A stretch of 64,000 bases of DNA from contig CAZAKR010000005.1 of NCBI GenBank assembly GCA_964486105.1, positions 7,384 through 71,383 of the forward strand, written 5' to 3'. Made by a program: the position numbers and the translations under genes. Shown here one piece after another: positions 50,284 to 60,532 of the stretch; the stretch's first letter is position 1, and each line of letters begins with the position of its first letter. The notes below the pieces were generated by a model. It was not told the DNA's origin. It searched no databases and saw only the letters and a list, made by a program, of their open reading frames with translations. The DNA comes from an uncultured Rhodospirillaceae bacterium (GTDB lineage Bacteria; Pseudomonadota; Alphaproteobacteria; UBA11136).

Positions 50284-50697
50284 CTAGAGATCGTCGAGAG
50301 CCTTCTGGAAACGACCGGCATGGGATTTTTCAGCCTTGGCCAGAGTCTCAAACCAGTCGGCGATTTCATCGAAGCCCTCTTCCCGGGCGCTTTTCGCCAT
50401 ACCGGGATACATATCGGTGTATTCGTGGGTCTCACCGGCGATCGACGCCTTCAGGTTCTTGTCGGTGGTGCCGATGGGCTCACCGGTCGCCGGATCGCCT
50501 GTCTCTTCGAGAAATTCGAGGTGGCCGTGGGCATGGCCGGTCTCGCCTTCCGCGGTTGAACGGAAAACGGCAGCGACGTCGTTAAAGCCCTCAACGTCGG
50601 CCTTCTGAGCAAAATAGAGATAACGGCGGTTGGCCTGGGATTCGCCGGCAAAAGCCGCTTTAAGATTTTCTTCGGTCTTGGTTCCCTTAAGTGACAT
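50284..50697 (-). CDS. Rubrerythrin-family di-iron protein (ferritin-like domain only, no rubredoxin domain)
   Basis: 137 aa with ExxH-type di-iron ligand spacing (…[14 protein letters not shown]…[16 protein letters not shown]…[13 protein letters not shown]…[11 protein letters not shown]…). Confidence 0.85.
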   Translation of the reverse strand: MSLKGTKTEENLKAAFAGESQANRRYLYFAQKADVEGFNDVAAVFRSTAEGETGHAHGHLEFLEETGDPATGEPIGTTDKNLKASIAGETHEYTDMYPGMAKSAREEGFDEIADWFETLAKAEKSHAGRFQKALDDL

Positions 50698-50927
50698 TGT
50701 TCTCCCTCCACTTTATTGGTTTAAAAATTCACCTCGGACGGCCTCAAGCCCCGGATATAAGGCCGGCCTTAAAGCCCTTTGGAGCCGCCATTATCGGCGG
50801 CAAATGCGGGGGCTCTTTATGGGCTCCAAGCCGGGTTTTGTTAAGATATAGACTGGCTCTAATCTGGCTTGTAAGGCGGCTTGGCTAAAGCATTATTATA
50901 AAAAGAAAATTATTTGCGGGGTGTTGA

Positions 50928-51365
50928 TCAGGCGTCGAGACGGATGATCACATCGACGCTCTTGACCCTTGAGCCCTCAGGCGGCGACGGTATTTTTGTG
51001 ACCGAGATAACGTCGGAAGAAATGTCCTGCAACCGATTGCTGCGCTCGAAGAAAAAATGGTGATGGTCTTCGGTATTGGTATCGAAATAGGAGCGACCGG
51101 CCTCAACCACGACTTCGTTCAAAAGGCCGGCCTGGGTGAACTGATGGAGGGTGTTGTAAATCGTCGCCAGGGAAACCGATACCCCGCCCTGACGGGCCTC
51201 ACTGTGCAGTTCTTCCGCGGTGACATGGCGGTTGCCCTCAGGGCTGAAAAGAATTTTGGCCAGGGCAAGCCGCTGGCGCGTCGGCCGCAAGCCGACATCT
51301 CTTAAGCGATCAAGGGCGGATGAATAAGGTCGCATTTTCAGCGATGGTTCCTGTTGATTATCCAT
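50928..51365 (-). CDS. Fur-family metalloregulator (Irr/PerR-like)
   Basis: Winged-helix N-terminus (…GLRPTRQRLALAKILF…HVTAEELH…), a dimerisation domain and a conserved HHH triplet (TEDHHHFFFE). It sits next to the rubrerythrin gene. Confidence 0.7.
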   Translation of the reverse strand: MDNQQEPSLKMRPYSSALDRLRDVGLRPTRQRLALAKILFSPEGNRHVTAEELHSEARQGGVSVSLATIYNTLHQFTQAGLLNEVVVEAGRSYFDTNTEDHHHFFFERSNRLQDISSDVISVTKIPSPPEGSRVKSVDVIIRLDA

Positions 51366-51578
51366 TATAAACCGCACCCTCTCGACATTCTGATGTAAAG
51401 ACCCGCTCACCATACACAATCAAAAGCTGCTCTGGGAACAACTTATTAACAAAACACTAATTTTAAAATCTTTCCAAGTCAAAGGCTTTTTCGCATCCCC
51501 CGGCCCCAGCCCTCAAGGCATGTTTCGATATCGAAACAAACGGGCCTTCATCATTTCCGGATTAATTAAAGGGGGGTG

Positions 51579-52976
51579 TTAGTCGCCGGTCAGGATGCGC
51601 TCGAAGAGCTGACCGACAGTGGGAATATAGCCGTTGGAATAAAAAGGGTCTTCGGCGAAACGGTAGGCGTTGTGACCGGCAAACATCAACTCCCCATCGA
51701 CGTCACTGCCATGGGCGATATTCTGCAGCGTCTTTTGAATGCAGAATGAGCGCGGGTCGGCCTTCTTGCCGTTGTTCCAGGGGGGCTGCTGGGACCAGTT
51801 GGAGAATTTGCACGAGCTGAGGCACCCCATGCAATCAACCTGGTCTTGATGAATCTCGCGCTCATTCTCGTGGGTGACAAAAATCAGCGTTGAATCGGGC
51901 GTCCGCAGGGCGGAGGTATATCCCTCGTCCACCCATTTCATGGCGCGGCCCTTATCGGCGGCAGTGAGAAACACGGTGCGATTGCCGCCGCCGATGGCGA
52001 ACGGCGTATCGTGTTCGCCAAGCGGATCCTTGGTAAAGGCCACCTGACGGGCATCCCGCGCCTTGAGATCTTTTAGAAAGCGATTATTGACGGCGGAAGA
52101 ATAAAATCCGGTGGGGCTGAACCGGTGGAGGGATACATCGTCTTCCTTCAACGTCAAAAGACGCTGCTTCCAGCCCTCAGGGATAGGGCTTTCCTTGGTC
52201 AGCAGGGCGCGGGTGCCGAACTGGAAGGCGATCGGCCCGAGTTCCGGGTTATCGATCCAGTCTTCCCATTCGCGTATAAACCAAACCCCGCCGGCCATGA
52301 TGATCGGCGTATCGTGAAGGCCAAGTTCGTTCATCTGGTCGCGCAGCGCCTTGACCCTGGGATAGGGATCTTCGGGAACCAGCGGATCCTCGACATTCGA
52401 CAATCCGTTATGGCCGCCGGCGCGCCAGGGGTCTTCATAAACCACCGCACCGAGGAATTCTCCGAACTTGTGATAGGCCCTCTTCCACAGGGCGCGGAAG
52501 GCCCGGCTGGAAGAGATAATGGGGTAATAATGGACCCCGAAGCGGGCGCAGATTTCGGCCAGCCGATACGGCATTCCAGCGCCACAGGTTACCCCGTGGA
52601 TCAATCCCTTGGCGCCTTCCAGCACCTTGTTGAGAATCTCTTCGGCGCCACCCATTTCCCACAGCACGTTGATGTTCAGCCGGCCCTGGCCGCTGGCCAC
52701 CTCGTGGGCGATCTGGGCCTGATAGATGGCCCCGCGCACCGCATAGTCGATCAGCTCGATATGCCGTTCGCGGCGGTTTTTACCGTGATAGATTTGGGGA
52801 ATAAGCCGCCCTTCGGCATCAAAAGTATCGGCGTTGACGGCGGAAATCGTGCCGATGCCCCCGGCCGCCGCCCAGGCCCCCGAAGAATCACCATTGCTCA
52901 CGGCAACCCCCTTTCCCCCCTCGACCAGAGGAAGGACTTCAACACCGCCAAAGAGCATTGGGTTAAGGGGCTTCAC
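51579..52976 (-). CDS. Nitronate monooxygenase / 2-nitropropane dioxygenase-family FMN oxidoreductase (long form)
   Basis: NMO TIM-barrel signature (…IHGVTCGAGMPY…IIMAGGV…). It is 465 aa, with a C-terminal extension containing the motif CMGCLSSCKF. Confidence 0.75.
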   Translation of the reverse strand: MKPLNPMLFGGVEVLPLVEGGKGVAVSNGDSSGAWAAAGGIGTISAVNADTFDAEGRLIPQIYHGKNRRERHIELIDYAVRGAIYQAQIAHEVASGQGRLNINVLWEMGGAEEILNKVLEGAKGLIHGVTCGAGMPYRLAEICARFGVHYYPIISSSRAFRALWKRAYHKFGEFLGAVVYEDPWRAGGHNGLSNVEDPLVPEDPYPRVKALRDQMNELGLHDTPIIMAGGVWFIREWEDWIDNPELGPIAFQFGTRALLTKESPIPEGWKQRLLTLKEDDVSLHRFSPTGFYSSAVNNRFLKDLKARDARQVAFTKDPLGEHDTPFAIGGGNRTVFLTAADKGRAMKWVDEGYTSALRTPDSTLIFVTHENEREIHQDQVDCMGCLSSCKFSNWSQQPPWNNGKKADPRSFCIQKTLQNIAHGSDVDGELMFAGHNAYRFAEDPFYSNGYIPTVGQLFERILTGD

Positions 52977-53130
52977 TTAGGCGTTCTCCGAGCTGTTTCA
53001 CGACTATATGCAACCCGGCCGCCCTCTTCAAAAGACCTGAAAAGGGCGGCTAGATTTCTCAAACCGATAGAGGATTAAGGCTGTCTGGAGGGGAAAAAGC
53101 AATCAAATTTCCCGCCCCGGAACAGGCGGC

Positions 53131-55236
53131 TCAGCCGTCGATGGCTTCGCCGGTTTCCTGGTTGACGGCCCTCATGCTGAGCTTGACCTTACCGCGGTCA
53201 TCCATGCCCAGCACCTTGATCCAGACTTCCTCACCCTCGTTGGTGACATCGGTCACCTTGTTGACCCGTTCGGGCTTCAGCTCACTGATGTGAACCAGGC
53301 CGTCGCGGGGACCGAGAAAATTGACGAAGGCGCCGAAATCGACAACCTTAACCACCTTGCCGCGATAGATCTTGCCCACTTCGGGCTCGGCGGTAATCGC
53401 CTCGATCATGTCGACCGCCTTGGTGATGCTGTCGGCGTCAACCGCCGCCACCTTGATGGTGCCGTCGTCGTCAATATCGACCTTGGCCCCGGAAACCTCG
53501 CAGATTTCACGGATCACCTTGCCGCCGGTGCCGATAACGTCGCGGATTTTTTCGCGCGGCACGGTAAGGGTAACGATCCTCGGCGCATGGTCGCTGACCT
53601 CGGAACGGGCATGGTCGAGGGACTTGCTCATCTCACCGAGAATGTGCATGCGGCCGCCCTGGGCCTGTTCGAGAGCCGTTTCCATGATCTCCTTGTTAAT
53701 CCCGGTGATCTTGATGTCCATCTGCAGGGAGGTCACACCCTTTTCGGTGCCCGCCACCTTGAAGTCCATATCGCCGAGATGATCCTCGTCGCCGAGAATA
53801 TCGGAGAGAACCGCGTAATCGTCGCCTTCCTTGATCAGGCCCATGGCGATACCCGCCACCGGCCGGACGAGGTTAACGCCGGCATCCATCAGGGACAGAG
53901 AGCCGCCGCATACCGTGGCCATGGAGCTCGAGCCATTGGACTCGGTGATCTCGGAAACCAGACGGACGGTATAGGGAAATTCTTCCTTGCCCGGAATCGC
54001 CGCACGCAGCGCCCGCCAGGCGAGCTTGCCGTGGCCGACTTCGCGACGGCTGGTAAAGCCGAAACGTCCGGCCTCACCCACCGAATAGGGCGGGAAGTTA
54101 TAATGCAGCAGAAAGTTCTCGCGGTAATCGCCGGAAAGAGCGTCAATGATTTGCTCATCCTGGCCGGTGCCCAATGTGGTCACAACCAGCGCCTGGGTTT
54201 CGCCGCGGGTAAACAGCGCCGAGCCATGGGCACGGGGCAGAACCCCGACCGTACAGGAGATCGGCCGCACGGTCTTGGTGTCGCGACCGTCGATACGCTG
54301 TCCGGTTTTAAGAATGTTGCCGCGAACGATATCCTTTTCAACGCTCTTGAAAAGACCGCCGGCGGCGTCCACATCGGCCGCTTCGCCTTCAAGCGTTTCA
54401 AGAACAGCCTGCTTGGCGTTGGAGATTTTTTCCTGGCGCGCCTGCTTTACAGTCTCGGTGTAAGCTTCGCGCAGAGGACCCTCGGCCAGCTCAAAGACAC
54501 GTGCCTTCAACGCGTCGATGCCTTCTTCCGCCGCGGGGAGTTCGCGCGGTGGCTTGGCACAGGACCCGGCCATATCGACGATCATGTCGATAACCGGCTT
54601 CATCTCGTCGTGACCAAACGTCACCGCGCCGAGCATGATCTCTTCTGAAAGCTCCTTGGCTTCGGATTCGACCATCAGCACGCCGTCATGGGTGCCGGCG
54701 ACAACCAGATCGAGATCGGAAGACCCCATCTCATCGACCTGGGGGTTGAGCACATATTCGCCGTCGATATAACCGACCCTGGCGCCGGCAACGGGGCCGA
54801 GGAAGGGCAGGCCTGAGAAGGTCAGGGCGGCGGAAGTGCCGATCATGGCGACGATGTCGGGATCATTTTCCATGTCATGGGCGAGAACAGTACAGATGAC
54901 CTGTGTCTCGTTTTGATAGTCCGAATGAAAAAGCGGCCGGATCGGGCGATCGATCAGGCGCGAGGTCAGGGTTTCTTTTTCGGAAGGTCGCGCTTCGCGC
55001 TTGAAAAAGCCGCCCGGAATTTTACCGGCGGCATAAGCCTTTTCCACGTAATGAACAGCCAGGGGGAAAAAGTCGATCCCCGGCCGCGGCTTTTTCTCGC
55101 CGACAACGGTACACAAAACGGTGGTCTCGCCATAGGTGGCGAGAACGGCGCCATCAGCCTGACGGGCGACGTGCCCGGTCTCAAGAACGAGCTTGCGCCC
55201 GCCCCACATAATTTCTTTTTTCGTCACATCAAACAT
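53131..55236 (-). CDS. pnp: Polyribonucleotide nucleotidyltransferase (PNPase)
   Basis: 701 aa with two RNase PH domains, a KH domain and a C-terminal S1 domain. Confidence 0.95.
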   Translation of the reverse strand: MFDVTKKEIMWGGRKLVLETGHVARQADGAVLATYGETTVLCTVVGEKKPRPGIDFFPLAVHYVEKAYAAGKIPGGFFKREARPSEKETLTSRLIDRPIRPLFHSDYQNETQVICTVLAHDMENDPDIVAMIGTSAALTFSGLPFLGPVAGARVGYIDGEYVLNPQVDEMGSSDLDLVVAGTHDGVLMVESEAKELSEEIMLGAVTFGHDEMKPVIDMIVDMAGSCAKPPRELPAAEEGIDALKARVFELAEGPLREAYTETVKQARQEKISNAKQAVLETLEGEAADVDAAGGLFKSVEKDIVRGNILKTGQRIDGRDTKTVRPISCTVGVLPRAHGSALFTRGETQALVVTTLGTGQDEQIIDALSGDYRENFLLHYNFPPYSVGEAGRFGFTSRREVGHGKLAWRALRAAIPGKEEFPYTVRLVSEITESNGSSSMATVCGGSLSLMDAGVNLVRPVAGIAMGLIKEGDDYAVLSDILGDEDHLGDMDFKVAGTEKGVTSLQMDIKITGINKEIMETALEQAQGGRMHILGEMSKSLDHARSEVSDHAPRIVTLTVPREKIRDVIGTGGKVIREICEVSGAKVDIDDDGTIKVAAVDADSITKAVDMIEAITAEPEVGKIYRGKVVKVVDFGAFVNFLGPRDGLVHISELKPERVNKVTDVTNEGEEVWIKVLGMDDRGKVKLSMRAVNQETGEAIDG

Positions 55237-55425
55237 TCATTCATTTCCTTACAAACGTGCAGGCATGGCTGCACTTACAACTACGTAACCAACATGCATT
55301 ACTTCCAAACAAACGGTCAGGCATCCCCCTACCATTTCCATCGCCGGGCCTGATGCCCCTCATGCCAATGGGTGGTCTGCCTGTAGCTAACTTTGCCGCC
55401 CCTTCCAGGGCAGCCTTCCTGGTAT

Positions 55426-55695
55426 TTAGCGGCGCAGGCCGAGGCGATCGATCAGAGACTGGTAACGTTCGTCGTCCTTGTCCTTGAGATAATCAAGCAG
55501 ACGACGGCGTTTGCCGACCATGATCAGCAATCCACGGCGTGAGTGGTGATCTTTCTTATGGGCTTGCAGATGCTCGGTGAGATTCTTGATTCGCTCGGAG
55601 AGAATGGCGACTTGAACATCAGGAGAGCCGGTATCCCCGGCCGCGGCAGCATAGTCATTGATAAGCGCTTGTTTGCGCTCTGCGGTAATCGACAT
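55426..55695 (-). CDS. rpsO: 30S ribosomal protein S15
   Basis: 89 aa, [12 protein letters not shown]…; canonical S15, upstream of pnp. Confidence 0.95.
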   Translation of the reverse strand: MSITAERKQALINDYAAAAGDTGSPDVQVAILSERIKNLTEHLQAHKKDHHSRRGLLIMVGKRRRLLDYLKDKDDERYQSLIDRLGLRR

Positions 55696-55713
55696 CGTGA
55701 TTTTCCTTCTTAT

Positions 55714-56682
55714 CTACAGTTTAAACACCCGGACCGGCTTGATCCGCCCTTGTTCACATCGGACGATCGCGACCGGCCGCCCGCCCGAAAGGGCCAGGAC
55801 CGGAGATCGGCCGGCAACCACATACTCGGGCAATTCCGGGGGCGGGTCTTGATAACCCGTCGCCGTTTTTGTTCCAAGATAGGTTGCCTTGAACAGGGCG
55901 ATGTCCTGTCCGTTGCGAAGCGCTCCTGCCAAATCTGCGTTCAAGGCCAGCGCCGGGATGTCGTCCAGCACGGTCTCAACCGCCAGCAGATGCTCCGCGA
56001 GCGCGGCACTATGCCCCAGAGACTCCAGAGAATCTACCGAAATCGCCTGTTTTTCGGTAAATGGGCCAACCCTGGTCCGGCGCAAGGCGCTGACATGACC
56101 CAGACACCCCATATATAGGGCTAAATCCCGCGCTATACTGCGTATGTAGGTGCCTTTCCCGCAAGTGACACTAAATGTTGCGTGATCGCAATCAGGAATC
56201 GCCAAAAGCGTGATATTTTCGATAAAAACCTGCCGGGACTTGAGCTCCACTTCCTCTCCGGCGCGGGCCAGCTCATAGGCCCGGCGGCCCTCGACCTTGA
56301 CCGCCGAATAGGCCGGAGGCGTTTGTTCAATCTCCCCAACGAATTCTTTAAGCGCCTCTATTATCTGCGTTTTTTCAGGTCGCGCCGGGCTGGTGCCGGT
56401 TACGGCGCCTTCCAGGTCGTCACTGTCCCGGGACTCCCCCCAGGTCACGGTGAAGGTATATTCCTTCATCCCATCCATCACATAGGAAACGGTTTTCGTC
56501 GCCTCGCCCAGGGCAATGGGGAGAATTCCGGTGGCCAGAGGGTCCAGGGTGCCGCCATGCCCGGCCTTGGCCGCATCAAGAGAGCGTTTGACCAGACCGA
56601 CGACGCGCGATGACGTCATGCCGACAGGCTTATCAATAATCAACCAGCCGTTAATCGGCTTGCCGCGCCGTTTCCTAGCCAT
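55714..56682 (-). CDS. truB: tRNA pseudouridine(55) synthase
   Basis: TruB catalytic motif (…GWLIIDKPVGMTSS…GHGGTLDP…). The start is proposed at MARKRRGKPINGW; the ORF is extended upstream through a PPQKP repeat. Confidence 0.9.
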   Translation of the reverse strand: MARKRRGKPINGWLIIDKPVGMTSSRVVGLVKRSLDAAKAGHGGTLDPLATGILPIALGEATKTVSYVMDGMKEYTFTVTWGESRDSDDLEGAVTGTSPARPEKTQIIEALKEFVGEIEQTPPAYSAVKVEGRRAYELARAGEEVELKSRQVFIENITLLAIPDCDHATFSVTCGKGTYIRSIARDLALYMGCLGHVSALRRTRVGPFTEKQAISVDSLESLGHSAALAEHLLAVETVLDDIPALALNADLAGALRNGQDIALFKATYLGTKTATGYQDPPPELPEYVVAGRSPVLALSGGRPVAIVRCEQGRIKPVRVFKL

Positions 56683-57187
56683 CGCTTTCCGTCTGATCGC
56701 TGTTTTCCGCGCCCGGCGCATCAGCGCTGGTTTCTGCGGCGGTTTCTGCGGCGGTTTCTGTGGCGGCTTGCGCCTCTTTCTCGTCAATCACGGGGCCGAG
56801 ATCGCGGGCGATATCCGGCTTACGCAGCAAGGCGTCGATACGGCTGCCGGCTTCAAAAGAGGCGTCGATGCGAAAACCGATTTTCGGGGTGAATCTCAGC
56901 TGCGCCGCTTTGGCGATATGGCGGCGGAAAAAGGGCGCGGCACGGGTGATCGCCTCCAGCAAAGCCTTCGATGCGTCGGCATCCGCCGAACCGCCAAGGG
57001 GCACGATGAAGGCGGTGGCATTCTTCAGATCGGGGCTGACCCGAACTTCTGTGACCGTAACATTAACCCCCCGCAGATCGGGATCGTGCATATCGCCGCG
57101 TTCGAGAACGTCCGCCAGAATATGGCGTAATTCCTCGCCGACGCGCAGTTGACGCGGGCTCCGGGATTTATCCCGATGTCGGGCCAT
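56675..57187 (-). CDS. rbfA: Ribosome-binding factor A with an acidic repetitive C-terminal tail
   Basis: RbfA KH-like core (…RVGEELRHILADVLERGDMHDPDLRGVNVTVTEVRVSPDLKNATAF…) plus a tail ATETAAETAAETSADAPGAENSDQTESDG. Confidence 0.9.
   Translation of the reverse strand: MARHRDKSRSPRQLRVGEELRHILADVLERGDMHDPDLRGVNVTVTEVRVSPDLKNATAFIVPLGGSADADASKALLEAITRAAPFFRRHIAKAAQLRFTPKIGFRIDASFEAGSRIDALLRKPDIARDLGPVIDEKEAQAATETAAETAAETSADAPGAENSDQTESDG
56729..56764. repeat. 12-bp tandem repeat, three copies (ggtttctgcggc; third copy ggtttctgtggc)
   Basis: Direct inspection. It encodes the (AETA)n tail of RbfA on the minus strand. Confidence 0.8.
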
Positions 57188-57249
57188 GATCTGTTATCCG
57201 GTCTTTTCTGTTGGGCCGAAACTCAGGCACGGGCTCGAGGCAGAGGCGC

Positions 57250-59811
57250 CTAGAGTTCGCGCGCGATTTCCTCAAGCTCAAAACATTCGACGATATCGCC
57301 AACCTGGATATCCTGATAGTTGGCAAGCGTCAGGCCGCATTCGAACCCTTCCTTAACTTCCTTAACCTCGTCCTTGAATCGCTTGAGGCTGGAAAGCTCA
57401 CCTTCATGAACAACCACATTGTCGCGCAGCAGCCGCACTTTGGCGCCGCGCTTGACCGTCCCTTCGGTGACCATGCAACCGGCGACCTTGCCGACCTTGC
57501 TGATCGAAAAGACTTCGCGGATTTCCACATTGCCGAGGAACTGTTCTTTCAGGGTCGGCGACAGCATCCCGCTCATCGCCGCTTTGAGATCATTGATGGC
57601 GTCGTAAATGACCGAGTAATAACGGATATCCACCTTGTCGCGGCGCGCCATATCGCGAGCCTGGGGATTGGCCCGCACATTGAACCCGATAATCGCCCCG
57701 TTCGAGGCATTGGCAAGAGTCACATCGGACTCGTTAATCCCGCCAACACCGGAGTGCAGCACCCGGACCTTGACTTCATCGGTGCCCAGCTTATCGAGGC
57801 TGGCGACGAGGGCCTCGACCGAGCCCTGAACATCGGCCTTGATCACCACCGGCACCGCATGGATCTTGCCGGCGGCGGCGCTTGACATCATCTGCTCGAT
57901 GGTGCCACGGGCCCCGGCGGCGGCACTGGCGGCACGATTCTGGCGTTCACGATATTCCGTGACCTCACGCGCCCGGCCCTCGCTTTCAACGACGATAAAG
58001 TCATCGCCGGCATCCGGGGTGCCGGTCAGCCCCAAAACCTCAACCGGAGTCGAGGGGCCGGCATCGGTAATACGCTTGCCGTGATCGTTGAGAAGGGCGC
58101 GAACCTTGCCCCATTTCGATCCGGAAACGAAAATATCGCCGACCTTCAGGGTGCCGCGCCCGACAAGCACGGTGGCGACAGGACCGCGGCCCTTTTCAAC
58201 CCTCGATTCGACGACCGTTCCCTCGGCATTGCCCTCGGCGCTGGCTTTCAGCTCCAATATTTCAGATTGCAGAATGATCGCTTCTTCGAGCTTGTCGAGA
58301 TTGGTCTTTTCTTTCGCCGAAACCTCGACGTCGAGAACATCGCCGCCCATCTGTTCGACCACAATATTGTGCTGCAAAAGCTCGGTACGCACCCGGTTGG
58401 AATCGGCGCCCGGCGCGTCGATCTTGTTGATCGCGATAATCATCGGCACGCCGGCGGCCTGAGCATGTGACAACGCCTCTAAGGTCTGTTCCTTGATGCC
58501 GTCATCGGCGGCAACCACCAGAATAACCAGATCGGTGACGTCAGCGCCCCGCGCCCGCATGGCGGTAAAGGCCTCGTGGCCCGGCGTATCGAGGAAGGTA
58601 ATCCGGGCGCCGGAACTCAACGTCACCTGATAGGCGCCGATATGCTGAGTGATACCGCCGGCCTCGCCAGCCACCACATCGGTCGCCCGCAGGGCGTCGA
58701 GCAGCGATGTCTTGCCGTGATCGACATGGCCCATAACCGTAACAACCGGCGCCCGGGGAAGCAGCTTGGAGGCATCCTCCTCATCGGCCTTGAGGCCGAT
58801 CTCAACATCGGCTTCGCTGACCCGGCGGATTTTGTGACCAAATTCGGAAATAACAAGTTCGGCGGTGTCGGCATCGATGGTGTCGTTGATGGTTGCCATC
58901 ACACCCATCTGCATCAGCGTCTTAACCACATCGGCGACGCGCTCAGCCATGCGGTTGGCAAGGTCAGCGATGGTAATGGTTTCGGGAACCACCACTTCAC
59001 GGACAATTTTTTTACCCGAGTCACCGCTTGTTTCCTTAGCACGCTGTTTCTCACGTTCGCGTTCACGGGCGCGGCGCATGGCGGCAAGAGAACGGGTGCG
59101 TTCGCCGCCGTCATCAAGGGCCTGGGACATGGTCAGCTTGCCGGATCCGCGACGGCGTTGGTCCGACTTGCGCGGAGATGGCGCTTGCTTGTGACGGGCT
59201 TCCTTGCCCTTCTTGGGCGTACCCTTTTCTTCCTTTTCATCGTGCCGTTTCTTGTGGCGCGTTTCAGGGGTTTTCGCAATCTCGGGCGAGGGCTCGGGGA
59301 CCGCCTGGTCAACGACAACTTCCTCCACGACGTCGGCGACAGCTTCCTCGGCTGTCATCTCGGCTGTGGCTTCAGCTTCGGCCTCGGGCGCAGGCGGCTC
59401 TTCGGCCTCAACCTCGACGGTTTCTTCCGCCGGTTCCGGCTTCTTGCCGAAAACGCCCTCAACGGTGGGTTCGGCCTCTTTTTGCTGGGCGCTTTCAAGA
59501 GCGCGGGCGCGGGCGGCTTGTTCTTCACTGGTCAGATTCTGAATCGCCGGGGTGCTTTCCAAAAGGCCCTCGGCGGTTTTTGCCGTCTCAGACAGACCCG
59601 GCTCAACCTTGACCTCGGCCATGCGGCCGCCTTCACCTTGAGTATAGGTGCGCTTGCGCTTGACCTCGACCGTCACCGCCCTTGAACGGCCATGGGAAAA
59701 GCTCTGCCGGACCTGTCCGGTCTCGACGGTCTTTTTCAGCTCAAGCCGTCCCGGCCGCGAGAGCTTTTCAGGCTTTTTTTCTTCTTCTTTTATATCTTTA
59801 CCGTCTGTCAT
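57250..59811 (-). CDS. infB: Translation initiation factor IF-2
   Basis: 853 aa with a low-complexity N-terminus, a GTPase domain ([12 protein letters not shown]…DTPGH…NKID) and C-terminal beta-barrel domains. Confidence 0.95.
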   Translation of the reverse strand: MTDGKDIKEEEKKPEKLSRPGRLELKKTVETGQVRQSFSHGRSRAVTVEVKRKRTYTQGEGGRMAEVKVEPGLSETAKTAEGLLESTPAIQNLTSEEQAARARALESAQQKEAEPTVEGVFGKKPEPAEETVEVEAEEPPAPEAEAEATAEMTAEEAVADVVEEVVVDQAVPEPSPEIAKTPETRHKKRHDEKEEKGTPKKGKEARHKQAPSPRKSDQRRRGSGKLTMSQALDDGGERTRSLAAMRRAREREREKQRAKETSGDSGKKIVREVVVPETITIADLANRMAERVADVVKTLMQMGVMATINDTIDADTAELVISEFGHKIRRVSEADVEIGLKADEEDASKLLPRAPVVTVMGHVDHGKTSLLDALRATDVVAGEAGGITQHIGAYQVTLSSGARITFLDTPGHEAFTAMRARGADVTDLVILVVAADDGIKEQTLEALSHAQAAGVPMIIAINKIDAPGADSNRVRTELLQHNIVVEQMGGDVLDVEVSAKEKTNLDKLEEAIILQSEILELKASAEGNAEGTVVESRVEKGRGPVATVLVGRGTLKVGDIFVSGSKWGKVRALLNDHGKRITDAGPSTPVEVLGLTGTPDAGDDFIVVESEGRAREVTEYRERQNRAASAAAGARGTIEQMMSSAAAGKIHAVPVVIKADVQGSVEALVASLDKLGTDEVKVRVLHSGVGGINESDVTLANASNGAIIGFNVRANPQARDMARRDKVDIRYYSVIYDAINDLKAAMSGMLSPTLKEQFLGNVEIREVFSISKVGKVAGCMVTEGTVKRGAKVRLLRDNVVVHEGELSSLKRFKDEVKEVKEGFECGLTLANYQDIQVGDIVECFELEEIAREL

Positions 59812-59845
59812 TTTTATCCAGTCCGACCTTTATAAAAACACGCTC

Positions 59846-60532
59846 TTATTTTGCCGCCGCCGCTGTTTCATCTACAGCGTCTTCAAAGCGAAACCCGGCA
59901 AGTCTTCCCGCCTCTGTGATAAGACGCTCGGCAAAACCACCCGATGCGACCCCCACATGGACACTGCGATCGCGCCCGAAGACGGCACCAAGCTCTGCCC
60001 CGGTGAACAGCGAGACCACCGGCACATCGCCGATCATCCCCTCGATGCGGCGGCGGCCATCCTTACCGCTATCAGCCGCAATAAACACCAGGGCGGGACG
60101 GCCCTTTTTCCAGCCCCCGCCTTTAAGCGCGGCGGAAAGCTTTTCAAACCCGGCGACCGCATCTCCGGCGCGGCGCGCCAGGGAAAGAAGATCGAGACAA
60201 CGCCGGGTCAGTAAGCTCTCAACCCTGTCAACGAGCCCCTCGGGGACTTTTACCTTACGCCTTGCGGCCTTGGCGAAACTCCCCCCGGACGAAGCGTCGC
60301 TCACTATATCCCTCTGTGCGACCAACCACAAACCTCGACCCGGCAGCCGCTCTTCTATATCCGGGACCACACAGTCGTCGGGACCGATAACGAAGCGGAC
60401 CAGCGCGGTCTTGGCAAGGGTTTCGCCGGTTTTGATGCAGCGCCGCAAAGCGGAAGCCCGCAGAGCCGGCGCATCATCGCTCCCGGCCTCAGGCCTCGCC
60501 ACCGTCTTTGGCACCGGCTTCCTCTTTCGCAT
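59846..60532 (-). CDS. YlxR (DUF448) RNA-binding protein with a C-terminal L7Ae-like domain
   Basis: …RRCIKTGE…LVRFV… matches the DUF448 core. A C-terminal L7Ae/YlxQ-like region (…LSLARRAGDAVAGFE…) follows. Position between nusA and infB is conserved. The start is uncertain (the ORF runs to 60565 and overlaps the nusA 3' end). Confidence 0.65.
   Translation of the reverse strand: MRKRKPVPKTVARPEAGSDDAPALRASALRRCIKTGETLAKTALVRFVIGPDDCVVPDIEERLPGRGLWLVAQRDIVSDASSGGSFAKAARRKVKVPEGLVDRVESLLTRRCLDLLSLARRAGDAVAGFEKLSAALKGGGWKKGRPALVFIAADSGKDGRRRIEGMIGDVPVVSLFTGAELGAVFGRDRSVHVGVASGGFAERLITEAGRLAGFRFEDAVDETAAAAK

Noticed and set aside
53290-54648. 452-aa + strand ORF inside pnp, and 61050..62225 + inside nusA
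   Set aside because: Antisense shadow ORFs opposite highly conserved housekeeping genes.
56700-56790. PPQKP x3 peptide repeat and DNA tandem repeat considered as a CRISPR or mobile-element signature
   Set aside because: Only three 12-bp units with no spacers. It is a coding microsatellite within the rbfA tail, not a CRISPR array.
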